Below are positions 1 to 10,692 of a stretch of 64,000 nucleotides of DNA, piece by piece. Source of the stretch: Candidatus Delongbacteria bacterium (GTDB lineage: Bacteria > CAIWAD01); assembly GCA_963663545.1 (NCBI GenBank), contig OY760505.1:256001-320000 (forward strand). Reading direction: 5' to 3'. Each line of letters starts with the position of its first letter. The stretch's first letter is position 1. The notes under the pieces were generated by a model. The model was not told where the DNA came from. It did no database searches and was given only the letters and a program-made list of their open reading frames with translations. The translations under genes and the position numbers were made by a program.

Positions 1-338
1 GCGGCGACCAGAATCAGCGTAGGAAAAGCGCTGACATGAAAACGCTGCGCCAACTCCACACCTGCACCTTTTTCGGCGTCCACACTCAAGAGTAGGCGTT
101 CTGCGGCAAAGGTCTGAAAGGCATCACTCGGAAAGACATCGGCTTCGATGCGACGACACCAACCGCACCATTCGGTACTAAAGTCGACAAGCATCTGTTT
201 GTCCTCGCTGCGAGCGCGTTCAAAGGCTTGCTGCGGATCGGACATGAAGCCAAGCGGACTAAGATCCGTGGCAACGGCACTGAGGATACTGCCAAAGAAA
301 ACAACCGCCAGTAGCGGCAAGGTGCGGATGCTGATCAT
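1..338 (-). CDS. Exported thioredoxin-family protein (3' end outside window)
   Basis: Not in the ORF track; own translation of the minus strand: MISIRTLPLLAVVFFGSILSAVA...MLVDFSTEWCGWCRRIEADVF...FHVSAFPTLILV. Signal-peptide-like N-terminus, WCGWC motif, cis-Pro 'FPT'. Confidence 0.85.
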   Translation of the reverse strand, partial: MISIRTLPLLAVVFFGSILSAVATDLSPLGFMSDPQQAFERARSEDKQMLVDFSTEWCGWCRRIEADVFPSDAFQTFAAERLLLSVDAEKGAGVELAQRFHVSAFPTLILVA

Positions 339-947
339 GATGAACCTCATTCAATAGAGACGGAAAAGGTAAGAAATCAGGAACGCGCAGCAAGTGAGGG
401 CGTGTTAAAACTGAATCGAATGCTAATAAACGACGCAGCGATTCGTGGGATCAGGCTTGAGTGACCCGCGCAACCCTCGACCGGGCAGGAGGTAGCCAAT
501 GCCAGAAGAACCTACCGTCAGTGAAGTTGGGCTGGATTCCGCTGAGAGCAGAACAGCGGCCCTCAGGCCGCCGCTCTCATCCCCCTCACTCCCCTTGCTG
601 GGAGGCCCCTCCCCCAGAAACCAATACGGTGTTGCAAGTGGAGCCAGCTTATAGGTCACAATCTTGATTCAGAATACGGCAAGAGTTGTGCCACTATTTG
701 TCCATTTGGCCAACAGGTTGGGAGAAAAGCTGAATTGAACTTAAACAGCTTTGAATGAACCTCATTCGCAGGCCAAATAGCAGGTGTAAGCCAGAACTTG
801 TTGAGGGTTTTGAGCGAGCGAGGTACTACGATTTGTTTGCAAAAATAGACATCCCGAACAATCAATCATCAGGGATACAGACTTGAAGACGATTCAATGC
901 ACTTGAATTCTTTTCAAGTCGAATTCAACACAACAAAGCTAGTGTCG

Positions 948-2327
948 TTAAGACTCCTGCTTTTTCCGCAGCTCATCCAGGTCAATACCGTATGATTTAA
1001 CCTTGTGACATAGATTATCAAGGCCAATCTCAAGTGTTGCCGCCGTCTTCTTCATATTGTATTGATTACGCGCCAGGGCGTCGATGACAAGATTTCGCTT
1101 GAACAGCTCAACCTGCTCCCTAAATCCATGTCCCGGTGCCATGGGTGCAAGATCATCGGTGTCGACAACCACAGCAAGATGTAGATCCTGTTCATCCAAC
1201 TCCCGCTTGGCTGTACTGAAGGGTGTCAGCGCAACAGCGCGCTGGATCAGTCCTTGCAGACTGCGCAGATTACCAGGGAAGCTCAAGGTGGTCAGATAGA
1301 GTTCCCCCTGAGCCGTGATGCCTGTAAAGGGTTTTTGCAGTTGCTTGCCCGCCTGTCGCAGGAAACTGTTTGCAATCAATGTCAGGTCTTCACGCCGGTC
1401 TGCGAGCGCGGGTAGAGAAATCGAAAAAGTGTGCAGCTTCATGTTCAGCTCTCGCTGAAACCGCCCCTCGTTAACGGCCTGCTTCAACTCATTGCTCGCC
1501 GAGGCAATGATACGCGTATCCGCGTGCTGCTCTTCGCACTCCCCTATCTTGCTGAACAAGCCTGTCTCCAGATAGCGGCGCAGTCGCGCCTGAATGTGTT
1601 GTCCAATTCGATGCAGGCCATCCAGGTACAGGCTCCCACCCGAAGCCAGCTCCAACAGACCAGGTTGCACCGAGTCTCCGCATTTTCCAAAGATCTCCTG
1701 AGCCAGCTCTTCTTCTTGAAAGCGCGAGCAATCCACCGTAATGTAGGGGCCGTCTTTGCGGTGGCTAAGGGCATGCAGTGTTTCGGCAAGTACACTGCAG
1801 CCGGTGCCTGTTTCTCCTTGTATCAGAACCGGCTGATCCAGCCCGACATAGTGCTGCACCAGGAAGTACACCTTGCGCATCGCCTCGCTCTGCCCGACCA
1901 GGCCACGGCTCTGCATGGTCAGATTCATCAGATACTCACGGTCCAGGCGAAGTGTAATGGTCTCAAGACCGTTTCGCAGGCTTTGCACAAGCTGGTGCTG
2001 GCTGATCGGCTTGCTGAAGAAGTTGGTCGCCCCGGCTTTGGTGGCTATGATCGCATTCTCAACGTTGTAGTTGTCGCCTGTTAGAATAAACAGCGGCGCC
2101 AAGGGGAACTGTGTCCGCATAAGGCGCAGCACCTCCAGGCCACTCAGGTCGGGCAGTGTGATATCAATCAGCGCGCAATCAAAAGGATCATCGCGTACGG
2201 CTTCCAACGCGCGAGCGCCGGTCGTGTAGCAGCGGGCAATCCAACCTTGCGCTTCGATGATCTCTTCAATCTCTGTCAGCAGTTTTGTGTCATCGTCCAA
2301 AACCAGAATGACCGGTGTGCGCGCCAT
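948..2327 (-). CDS. NtrC/Fis-family response regulator (REC - degenerate AAA+ - HTH)
   Basis: REC motifs VLDDD, LIDITLP, FSKP; AAA+-like GETGTG, RIIAS, FPGNLRSL; C-terminal Fis-like HTH. ATG at 2327 preferred over the GTG at 2363. Confidence 0.85.
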   Translation of the reverse strand: MARTPVILVLDDDTKLLTEIEEIIEAQGWIARCYTTGARALEAVRDDPFDCALIDITLPDLSGLEVLRLMRTQFPLAPLFILTGDNYNVENAIIATKAGATNFFSKPISQHQLVQSLRNGLETITLRLDREYLMNLTMQSRGLVGQSEAMRKVYFLVQHYVGLDQPVLIQGETGTGCSVLAETLHALSHRKDGPYITVDCSRFQEEELAQEIFGKCGDSVQPGLLELASGGSLYLDGLHRIGQHIQARLRRYLETGLFSKIGECEEQHADTRIIASASNELKQAVNEGRFQRELNMKLHTFSISLPALADRREDLTLIANSFLRQAGKQLQKPFTGITAQGELYLTTLSFPGNLRSLQGLIQRAVALTPFSTAKRELDEQDLHLAVVVDTDDLAPMAPGHGFREQVELFKRNLVIDALARNQYNMKKTAATLEIGLDNLCHKVKSYGIDLDELRKKQES

Positions 2328-2392
2328 GTCTTCGCCCCTTCCCTCGGTTGATTCCTTAGCCACAGCTGCCCTAAGACCGCTTTGGCTGACGA

Positions 2393-5017
2393 TCAGGCCC
2401 TAGGCGCCTGTGGAATATCGATGATGAACTCGGCCCCTTCGCCTGACTCAGAACGAACCTGAAGCCTTCCATTGTGGCTTTCGATCACGCTTTGCACTAC
2501 AGCGAGACCGATACCATGTCCCTCGCTGAAAAAGCTTTGGTGCTGGTGCAGAATCAACGGAAGTTGGTCCTTCTCGATGCCGATGCCGTTGTCGCGTACT
2601 ATCATGCGTACCCAGCGGTGATCCCCCTCGACAAACTCGAAAAGCTCCACTTCAATCCTACCATCTCCCTGGACAGCCTTCAGAGCATTGTCCAGCAAGT
2701 TCGTCAGCAAGGTCAGGAAGTGGTATTCATCTACCAGCGCGTAAGGCAGTTCTTCGGGGAAGCGCACGTGAAGATCCACGTGCACCTCACGCAGAAAACG
2801 GTCGCGATAGGTCTCTGAGAAGCGCGAAACGAGCTTGCCCAAATCCAAAGGCTGGGGGTGTACGACTCGCTCGCTGATCTCAAAGAACTCTTGAATGATC
2901 TGATCGATATCGCGGGCCGTATCGAGGATGCGCTGCTGCTTGTCGCGGACATACTCACACTGCGGCGGTGCCTTCTCCAGCAGAAAAATCAGACTCCCTT
3001 CGGCCATCAGTCGCAACCGCTGCAAGGGCGTCTTGAGCTTGTGAGCTACGCTCTGCGACATCACACGCCAAACATGGCGTTTGGTCCCATCCAGCTGTAG
3101 CGTGATGTCTTGAACGATCAGGATGACGCCTCCGCCCAGAGCACGACGGCGAATGGGAACCACGCGATAGAACCAGATGCGCGGTCCATCCTCGGTCACC
3201 AGCTCGACCATGCCTTCGTCTGGCTGGTCCTTGAAGAGACTGAAGCGCAACTCTTCCAGCACCGTGCCTGCAAACAGAGCATCTGCGCCACAGCGTTTAT
3301 CGAGCAGGCCAGGAACCTGACTGACAGGCGTGTTCAGCATGCGCCAGAACCTCTGATTGGCTGAATGCAGGCGTCGACGATCATCGAAGACAACGACGCC
3401 ATCGGGAGCCATGCTGAAGAGCACATCGCTGAGGGTGTGAAAAAAGCGCCAGCGCAAGGTCAAAATGAGGATGTACTGCAGAAGCAGCAGAAGTGGCAGA
3501 CTGATAAGCAGTACAGATAACCAGACGGGCAGATTCCAGGCTCGGGAAACCCGCAGGTTGAGCACTTCGTCCGTGAGATTGAGCATCCAGGCTGGCCCCT
3601 GTTCATCCTCGTAAAAGGGTAGCACCGCCTGTCCATCACTCGGACGACGAAACTGATTCTGCAACAGATGATTCGTGAGATGACTCAGCGCCAGCAATCG
3701 CAGTTTGCAATCCGCCAACACCAGATTACCCGAAGAGGTAGCCATTAGCAGGGCATCCTGCGAGCAGCGCTGGCTCTTCAGAAGCCCATGACGGTGCGGC
3801 AAACAGCCCAGCAGACGAATGGGCTCCTGCATGCTGACTTCACGTGTTACAGCGAAGTTCTCATCCAGCTGTAGGAGTCGTTGGCCATCCTCAACGGTGT
3901 AGTACCAATACTGGCCGTTGCTGGAACCGCAGCTCAACCAGTCCCAGCTTGCAGGCACATCCGCACTGCGCTCTACGCGGAGGCTGTCTGTGTTCAGCAG
4001 GTGCGCCACTGTCCAGACGCTATCGCCCTTCTGACTTGTCTGCAGCAGCAGGACCGTCTCCGGAACAGGTAATTCCATCGCCCGTGTGATACAGCCGTCA
4101 CTGTTTGTATCACCGCTCGCGATGATCTGTACTTGACCGTTATGATCAAGTTGTGTCACACTGGCATCCAGGCAGGAAGAACTCCACTTGCGCTGTTGAT
4201 GCGACTGCGTGCAGATCCATCCCTTTTCACCTATCGGAACAAGTGCCGTTAACGCTCCGGCCAGATCAACGTGCCACAATTCCTTCCAATCGCTGGCTGC
4301 CATCATGAAGAGCTTGTACTCGTTGCGATCAGAATCAAGGTTGGTCAGTTCGATGCTGTACAACAACTCCAATCCTGGACGCTCGGGGACAAGATCACCG
4401 AAATCGTGTAACACGGCATCGTAGCGCATAATGCCCGAAGTATCAGCGGGAGTGTAGAGGGTGCGCTTCGCGGAGTAATCGTAACACAGCTTGCCTCCGG
4501 CTTCCTCGCTGATGCCCACACACATGTACCCATACTCACGTCCGCCACCGTATTGCTCCGGCAGTGTGTAGCGTTTGTGATACAAGAGATAGGGAGTTTC
4601 GTGCGTGCAGTGGATCACGGTTGCGATATCCGGCCAACCGGATCCATCGCGAGAAATCACCGGAGTTGAAACGCGCTCAACAGCTTCAACCACGCGATGA
4701 AAGGGCTGTGTCAGGATCAACGAACCCATTTCTGTGAAGTGAAAGGCAATGTTGCCCCGCGAGGGACCCATCATCAGTCGCATGTAAGCGTCCACACCAT
4801 TGCTGGTGCGATGTGGAATGGCAATCAGACGACAATCGACATCACTGCGTTCACGATCGACTTCCAGCTTCCAGCGCGTCTTCCCAACCGCTTCACGCCA
4901 GGTGGAAAGCGAGTCCATAGTGTAATGGGAGACCGCGTACAGCAATACCAGGCCCAGTGCTGCCAGGCTTGCGACAATCACGAATACTGTCTTTGACCGG
5001 TATCTCAGTCCGTACAT
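2393..5017 (-). CDS. Membrane sensor histidine kinase (large extracytoplasmic domain, PAS, HisKA, HATPase)
   Basis: Two TM segments flank a ~470-aa region; H-box AHKLKTPL, N-box NLLDNALKA, G1 DNGIGI, G2 GHGIGL; adjacent to the response regulator. Confidence 0.9.
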   Translation of the reverse strand: MYGLRYRSKTVFVIVASLAALGLVLLYAVSHYTMDSLSTWREAVGKTRWKLEVDRERSDVDCRLIAIPHRTSNGVDAYMRLMMGPSRGNIAFHFTEMGSLILTQPFHRVVEAVERVSTPVISRDGSGWPDIATVIHCTHETPYLLYHKRYTLPEQYGGGREYGYMCVGISEEAGGKLCYDYSAKRTLYTPADTSGIMRYDAVLHDFGDLVPERPGLELLYSIELTNLDSDRNEYKLFMMAASDWKELWHVDLAGALTALVPIGEKGWICTQSHQQRKWSSSCLDASVTQLDHNGQVQIIASGDTNSDGCITRAMELPVPETVLLLQTSQKGDSVWTVAHLLNTDSLRVERSADVPASWDWLSCGSSNGQYWYYTVEDGQRLLQLDENFAVTREVSMQEPIRLLGCLPHRHGLLKSQRCSQDALLMATSSGNLVLADCKLRLLALSHLTNHLLQNQFRRPSDGQAVLPFYEDEQGPAWMLNLTDEVLNLRVSRAWNLPVWLSVLLISLPLLLLLQYILILTLRWRFFHTLSDVLFSMAPDGVVVFDDRRRLHSANQRFWRMLNTPVSQVPGLLDKRCGADALFAGTVLEELRFSLFKDQPDEGMVELVTEDGPRIWFYRVVPIRRRALGGGVILIVQDITLQLDGTKRHVWRVMSQSVAHKLKTPLQRLRLMAEGSLIFLLEKAPPQCEYVRDKQQRILDTARDIDQIIQEFFEISERVVHPQPLDLGKLVSRFSETYRDRFLREVHVDLHVRFPEELPYALVDEYHFLTLLTNLLDNALKAVQGDGRIEVELFEFVEGDHRWVRMIVRDNGIGIEKDQLPLILHQHQSFFSEGHGIGLAVVQSVIESHNGRLQVRSESGEGAEFIIDIPQAPRA

Positions 5018-5040
5018 ACTCTTGCCGTGGACCCCTCAGA

Positions 5041-5538
5041 CTACAGCCGCGCGAAGCCCTCCCGCATGCGGCGCCAGGAATCCAGCAGCCCCTCAGATAT
5101 GACTTTTGTCGCCGCGAGTGCAGGCATGAAATTCGTATCCCCATTCCAACGCGGAACCAGATGCCAATGCAAGTGCTGATCGATGCCAGCTCCGGCTGGA
5201 CGACCAATGTTCATGCCGATGTTGAAGCCCTGGGGGGTTATTGCGTCACGCATGATCCGCTGGGCATCCTGCAAGGTCTGCTGACATTCCAACAACTCCC
5301 CAGGAGTGAGCTGAAGAAAATCCCCTGTGTGACGGTAGGGGACAACCATCAGATGTCCGTTGTTGTACGGGTAGAGATTCATCAGCACAAAGCAATGCTC
5401 ACGGCGTGTTACAATCAGGTTCTCCTGATCCTGGCTTTCATCCTCAAGCGGCTTCCAGCAGAAAATACAGCCCTCGCGCTTGGGTTTGTCAACCTGAGTG
5501 ATGTACTGGCTGCGCCATGGCGCCCACAGGTGATCCAT
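5041..5538 (-). CDS. HIT-family hydrolase / Ap4A phosphorylase-like
   Basis: MDHLWAPWR start, CIFC, NLYPYNNGHLMVVP, HIT motif HLHWHLVPR. Confidence 0.92.
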   Translation of the reverse strand: MDHLWAPWRSQYITQVDKPKREGCIFCWKPLEDESQDQENLIVTRREHCFVLMNLYPYNNGHLMVVPYRHTGDFLQLTPGELLECQQTLQDAQRIMRDAITPQGFNIGMNIGRPAGAGIDQHLHWHLVPRWNGDTNFMPALAATKVISEGLLDSWRRMREGFARL

Positions 5539-5729
5539 TCCATATCCTCGGCATCTGGTGTTGAGCGCGTCCAATGTAACAAAGCCCGTGACATCGAATC
5601 GGTCTCAATGCAAGGGGCGACCCGCGGGCCGCCCCAAAACCTTCTCCTGTTCAGGTTCATAAGCAGGAAAGGGTCTCCGCACCCGGCAGCACTGTCCGCC
5701 GGGAGTTTATCTTCTTCACGTCTATCGAA

Positions 5730-6140
5730 TCAGCCTTTGCATTCCTCTGAGAGCTCCAGCAGAACGCCGGAGGTCGATTTGGGATGCACGAAGGCAATAC
5801 GCTTTCCGCCAGCGCCCATGCGCGGGGTCTCGTCAATCAGCTTGACACCCTGCTCTTTCAAACGGGCTAATGCGTCGTCGATGTTATCTACGGTGATGGC
5901 AATGTGATGAATACCGGGGCGGTTCTTCTCGAGGTAGCGCGCGATCGGGCTGGCCGGATCGGTGGGCTCGAGCAACTCGATGTGCGTACGATCCACTTCA
6001 CCCATGGCGACATTCACCTTCTGATCGTCGACATATTCACGCTCAAGAAAAAGCAGTCCCAGCGCCTGTTCCCAGAAGGGCTGCGCCTCGTCCAGACTGT
6101 TCACCGCGATACCGATATGGTCAATCTTGTCAATCTTCAT
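5730..6140 (-). CDS. mce: Methylmalonyl-CoA epimerase
   Basis: IDHIGIAV, IELLEP, GIHHIA, FVHPKSTSGVLLEL: VOC-fold metal ligands typical of MCE. Confidence 0.9.
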   Translation of the reverse strand: MKIDKIDHIGIAVNSLDEAQPFWEQALGLLFLEREYVDDQKVNVAMGEVDRTHIELLEPTDPASPIARYLEKNRPGIHHIAITVDNIDDALARLKEQGVKLIDETPRMGAGGKRIAFVHPKSTSGVLLELSEECKG

Positions 6141-6259
6141 CGGATTCTCCTTTGCTGGCGCCACTGTTTCAGGCGCCCACGAAGCACAATGTACAAAGCC
6201 AGGCGAAGGCTGTCACGTCTATAACAGGTTGAATTTCGCCCGGCGGCGATATCACCGTG

Positions 6260-9136
6260 TTATTTCCGCCAGAAATTATCACAGGCGCGCAGAAGCTCGC
6301 GTTCCTGGTAAAAGACCTTCGACGGCGCGCCAATACTGCCTGTAAACTGCTCGCCGTAGCGTTTTTGTATGACGCGTTTGTCCAGCAGTAGAAAGATGCC
6401 GCGATCTTGCTCGTGGCGAATCAGTCGGCCGCTGCCCTGACGAAAACGTATCACGGCTTCAGGCACACTGTACTCCATGAAGCTGTTGCGACCGCTGCGA
6501 TCCAGCGCCTCCATGCGCGCGGCTACCATCGGCTCGCTGGGGACGGCGAAAGGCAACTTGGTCATGACCAGTAGCTGAAGCGCATCACCGGGCACATCCA
6601 CGCCTTCCCAGAAGGAATCGGTACCCAGCAGAATCGCGTTGCCCGCCTCGCGGAAGCGGCGCAGGATCTCATGACGCGGACCGTCCATGCCTTGCGCCAA
6701 CAGAGGCGTCTGCCGGTAATCCAGCCGCGCAAGGAGCTCCTCGTAGGTGCGGTTGAGCAAGCCGTAGCTGGTAAACAGCACCAGAGTTCCCTTTTGGAAA
6801 GAGGTCGCCAGCTCACCCAGCAGCTCCGCCAGCTGAGCCGCGTAGGCCCAGGCATTTTTGCCACTGGGCTCAGGCAGCCAGTTGGGAATGAAAAAGCGCA
6901 GTTGCCGCTCCAGGTCAAAGGGGCTGCCGTAGACGCGACACTCTACGGGACGCTCCTGCTGATTCAGACCGGTGCTGCCCAGGAAATAGTCGAAGCTGCC
7001 GTCCACGGCGAGGGTGGCGCTCACCAGCAGAAGCGAGCTGAGACGCGAATAAAGCTTGGCGGCGAGTTGACGCCCCAGGTCCAGCGGACAACGGAAGAAG
7101 GTAGTCTCGTAGCTGACCGGGTGCACCTCGTACCAGCAAACCTCGTCAGCGCCTTCGTAGGCAGCCAACTCGTTTTCGAGAGTGCAAGCCTCCAGCACCT
7201 GACCGCCCAGACTGTGGAACTCGCCCTCGACCTCCGGATGCGCATCGCGGAAATCGGCAGGCAACTCCTCCAGCAGACGCGTGGTTTGCTCTATGGCGCG
7301 CTTGAGCCGCGGCAGGTACTGGTCCAGTTCCTGTTGCAGCGCGTAATACATGCGCAGCGGGTTTTCCTCGGGCGTGTAGCGTTGCTTCTGGGTGAAGCGC
7401 GTGCGTGCAATCTGCTCAGCCCAGCGCTCACGTTGTCCCTCAATCAATTGCTCGCGCAGGCTGCTTAGCGGCTCATCGTAGGCGGCCAGCGCTTCGGCGC
7501 ACTCCTCCAGGCTGTGTATCACCGTATCACGCGTTGCGCCTTCCGGCAAGCCCGTCAGCAGACGACTGCGCAGTTGACGAAGCAGACCACGTCCGTCACC
7601 AGGACTGTAGAGCGCGCGAGTGCGGTTCTGCAGCATGCCGAAACTGAAGCCCTTGCGCAGATGCCTCTCGGCGCAAGCCTGCAGATTGTGCGCCTCGTCC
7701 AGCACCAGGCACGAATACTCGCCCAGCACACGGCCTTCGACCTCCAGATCCGAAAGCACCAGGCTGTGATTCACCACCAGCAGGTGCGCATCGGCTGCCT
7801 GGCGGCGTGCGCGATTGACAAAACAACGCTCGCTGGCCCGGCATCGCGGGTTGGCGCAATGTTGGCTCTCGCTGCGCAGCTGCGCCCACAGAGCGGGCGC
7901 GTTGCGATAATGGAAGCCGACACACTCTTCCACATCACCCGTGCGTGTCTGCGCCAGCCAGACCACTAGCGGTAGCAGTTTCAGCCGATCCTTGACGCTC
8001 AGACGGTCCTGGGCCTCCTCCAGCAGACGTTGCCAGCGCTGGCCGCAGATGTAATTGCCGCGCCCCTTCAGCAATACCGCCTTCAGCGGACCGCGTAACA
8101 GGCGTCCCAGGCGTGGAATGTCCTCGCGAAAGAGCTGATCCTGCAAATTGCGTGTGTGTGTGGAAATCACAACTCCGCGCTCGCCCTGTGATACAAGCTC
8201 GCGTCCGCGCAGAATGGCGGGCACCAGATACGCAAAGGATTTGCCAGTACCCGTAGCGGCTTCGGCAGCCAGGAATCCCGGCGTTGCCTGCCAGCCCAGC
8301 GTGCGCGCCGCCTCCCGGGCCAACTCGACTTGAGCCGGGCGCAGCGTGAAACCGGGAAGAGCTTCCTGCAACAGGCCTGTATCACCGAACCAGTCGTCCA
8401 TTGAAGCGGAGTCTTCTCCCTCCAAGTCCGCCTTGTGATACACGTTACCCGTCGTCTCGGGCAGAAAGCGGGCAAAGTCCTCCGGACCGCCGTGCTGACG
8501 ATAGACTTCGTAAGCGCCAGCGCAAAGAGTCTCGAGCACATCGCCTGTAGCACGCGTCAGAATCACCAGCTCGCGCAATTGCACCAGCGGAAGTCCGCGT
8601 AACACGCGCAGCAAATGCAGAAGCAGCTCGGCAGTGGCGGCTGCATCGTCGCCAGCGCGATGCGCCTTGTCCAGGTTGATATCAAACCAACCGGCCAGTT
8701 CCGACAGACGATGATTGCTTACCGTCGGCAATAGTGTCTGCGCCAGCGGAACCGTGTCGACGGCCAGCAGCGGCGCTTCATAGGCCAACCCTAGCCGCTT
8801 GCACCAGCGCGTCAGCATGCCCAGGTCAAAGGCGATGTTGTGGGCCACAACTGGCGCTTCACCCAGGAAATCCAGAAAGTCGGGCAGGACTTCTTCGATG
8901 CGTCGTGCATCACGCACCATGCCAGGCTTGATACCCGTTAGTTTCGTGATACGCGGCGGAATGGCCGTCTGCGGATGAACCAGCTGATTGAAGCGCGCCT
9001 CTTCTTCGCCGTTGCGGTAACGCACCGCGCCGATCTCGATGATTTCGCAGTCGTCATCAAGCCCGGTGGTCTCCAGGTCGAAGCAGACAAAGGTGGACAG
9101 TCCAGTGGCGGCCAGCAGCTCGCGCAGTTCCCTCAT
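6260..9136 (-). CDS. dinG: 3'-5' exonuclease (DEDDh) fused to a DinG-family helicase
   Basis: N-terminal FDLETTG / AHNIAFD / HRAGDDA; Walker A AEAATGTGKS, Fe-S cysteines, DEAH, FWEGVDVPG, QGSGRLIR. Confidence 0.92.
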   Translation of the reverse strand: MRELRELLAATGLSTFVCFDLETTGLDDDCEIIEIGAVRYRNGEEEARFNQLVHPQTAIPPRITKLTGIKPGMVRDARRIEEVLPDFLDFLGEAPVVAHNIAFDLGMLTRWCKRLGLAYEAPLLAVDTVPLAQTLLPTVSNHRLSELAGWFDINLDKAHRAGDDAAATAELLLHLLRVLRGLPLVQLRELVILTRATGDVLETLCAGAYEVYRQHGGPEDFARFLPETTGNVYHKADLEGEDSASMDDWFGDTGLLQEALPGFTLRPAQVELAREAARTLGWQATPGFLAAEAATGTGKSFAYLVPAILRGRELVSQGERGVVISTHTRNLQDQLFREDIPRLGRLLRGPLKAVLLKGRGNYICGQRWQRLLEEAQDRLSVKDRLKLLPLVVWLAQTRTGDVEECVGFHYRNAPALWAQLRSESQHCANPRCRASERCFVNRARRQAADAHLLVVNHSLVLSDLEVEGRVLGEYSCLVLDEAHNLQACAERHLRKGFSFGMLQNRTRALYSPGDGRGLLRQLRSRLLTGLPEGATRDTVIHSLEECAEALAAYDEPLSSLREQLIEGQRERWAEQIARTRFTQKQRYTPEENPLRMYYALQQELDQYLPRLKRAIEQTTRLLEELPADFRDAHPEVEGEFHSLGGQVLEACTLENELAAYEGADEVCWYEVHPVSYETTFFRCPLDLGRQLAAKLYSRLSSLLLVSATLAVDGSFDYFLGSTGLNQQERPVECRVYGSPFDLERQLRFFIPNWLPEPSGKNAWAYAAQLAELLGELATSFQKGTLVLFTSYGLLNRTYEELLARLDYRQTPLLAQGMDGPRHEILRRFREAGNAILLGTDSFWEGVDVPGDALQLLVMTKLPFAVPSEPMVAARMEALDRSGRNSFMEYSVPEAVIRFRQGSGRLIRHEQDRGIFLLLDKRVIQKRYGEQFTGSIGAPSKVFYQERELLRACDNFWRK

Positions 9137-9169
9137 GGTTCACATCCTTGGTTCGGCAGGCAGCAAAGA

Positions 9170-9214
9170 AAACGGGCGGCGCGAACGCCGTCATGGCGCG
9201 AACGCCGCCCGTTT
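9170..9214. terminator. Probable intrinsic terminator after gcvPB
   Basis: Stem aaacgggcggcg...cgccgcccgttt with A/T tails. Confidence 0.6.
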
Positions 9215-9237
9215 GTATTTACAAATACAGGCCGTGC

Positions 9238-10692
9238 TTACATGCAGCAGCCGGGAGTCCAGGTGAGCTGGGCGCGTTTGACGGCCATTACGTCGTCCAG
9301 CTTGCGCACCGGCGCGTTATTGGGAGCCGATTCCAACTCGGGCGCCTTGCGCTCCGCCTCGTCGGCGATTTGCAGCATGGCGGCGATGAAACGGTCCAGT
9401 GTATCACGGCTTTCGGTTTCCGTGGGTTCGATCATCAACGCTTCAGGCACGATCATCGGGAAGTAGGTGGTCGGCGCATGCACACCGAAATCAAGCAATC
9501 GCTTGGCCACATGGCTGGCCTTGTAGCCCAGCTTCTTCTGCTCGACGGCGCTGAAGACCACCTCGTGCATCGGCATCAAGTCGTAGAAGAGACGGAAACG
9601 ATCCTGCAGCTTGACGCGAATGTAATTGGCGTTGAGCACGGCGTTCTCGGCCACGCGTTTCAGTCCGGCGGCGCCCAGACGGCGCAGATAAACATAGGCG
9701 CGCAACATCACGGAGAAATTGCCGTGGAAGGCGTGCACCTTGCCCACCGACAGATCACCCACTTCCTGCCAGACAACGCCTGTATCACGGCGCACCGTCA
9801 CCGGCGTGGGCAGGAAGGGCGCCAGGCAGTCCTTGACCACCAGCGGACCGGCACCAGGTCCACCTCCACCGTGCGGTGTCGAGAAGGTCTTGTGCAGATT
9901 GATGTGCATCACGTCAAAGCCCAGGTCGCCGGGGCGCACAATGCCCAGCAGCGCGTTCAGATTGGCACCGTCCATGTAAGACAGCGCTCCGGCCTCGTGC
10001 ACCAGGCGATTGGCCTCGACAATCTGACGCTCGAAGATGCCCAAGGTATTAGGGTTCGTCACCATGAGCGCGGCAACATCGTCATCGAGCGCGGCCTTCA
10101 GGCTCTCCAGATCGATGCAGCCGTCGGCGCCCGACTTCAGCAGCTTGGGCGTGAAGCCGGCCATGGCGATGGAGGCGGGATTCGTACCATGGGCGCTATC
10201 GGGAATCAGCACGTACTTGCGCGCTTTGCCCCAGTGCTCGTGATACTTGCGAATCATGAAGAGCGCAGTCAACTCGCCGTGGGCACCGGCCACCGGCTGC
10301 AGCGTCACGGCGTCCATGCCGCTGATGCATACCAGCTGCTCGCCCAGGCTGTGCAAGAGTTCCAGCGCACCGGGCACTTGCTCGTCGGGCTGACACGGAT
10401 GCAGATTGGCAAAACCGGGCAGGCTGGCCAGGGCATCGTTCACCTTGGGATTGTATTTCATGGTGCAGGAACCCAGCGGATAGAAATCCTTGTCCAGGTG
10501 GTGATTCAGCACCGAAAGGCCAATGTAGTGGCGCACCACTTCGGGCTCCGCCAGCTCCGGCAGGGCGATCTCGCTCGCGCGCAACCCCGTTGCCGGCGTG
10601 CGGGGCTGAAGGCCGCCAAAGGAGACACCGCCGCGCTTGGCGGTAAAGCTGCTGCTACCGGGGCGGCTCTTCTCAAAGATCAGCTTGCTCAT
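9238..10692 (-). CDS. gcvPB: Glycine dehydrogenase (decarboxylating) subunit 2
   Basis: YPLGSCTMKYNP, AHGTNPAS, PLP lysine in HINLHKTFSTPHGGGGPG. Confidence 0.96.
   Translation of the reverse strand: MSKLIFEKSRPGSSSFTAKRGGVSFGGLQPRTPATGLRASEIALPELAEPEVVRHYIGLSVLNHHLDKDFYPLGSCTMKYNPKVNDALASLPGFANLHPCQPDEQVPGALELLHSLGEQLVCISGMDAVTLQPVAGAHGELTALFMIRKYHEHWGKARKYVLIPDSAHGTNPASIAMAGFTPKLLKSGADGCIDLESLKAALDDDVAALMVTNPNTLGIFERQIVEANRLVHEAGALSYMDGANLNALLGIVRPGDLGFDVMHINLHKTFSTPHGGGGPGAGPLVVKDCLAPFLPTPVTVRRDTGVVWQEVGDLSVGKVHAFHGNFSVMLRAYVYLRRLGAAGLKRVAENAVLNANYIRVKLQDRFRLFYDLMPMHEVVFSAVEQKKLGYKASHVAKRLLDFGVHAPTTYFPMIVPEALMIEPTETESRDTLDRFIAAMLQIADEAERKAPELESAPNNAPVRKLDDVMAVKRAQLTWTPGCCM

Noticed and set aside
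436-510. SAM-I riboswitch-like string (gtgggatcaggc…gacccgcgcaacc…ggtagccaatgcc) and a small ORF at 499-654 after GGAGGT
   Set aside because: No P1 AUC/GAU pairing, the pseudoknot is mismatched and there is no plausible downstream plus-strand gene; the ORF has no recognisable features. An Rfam scan would settle it.
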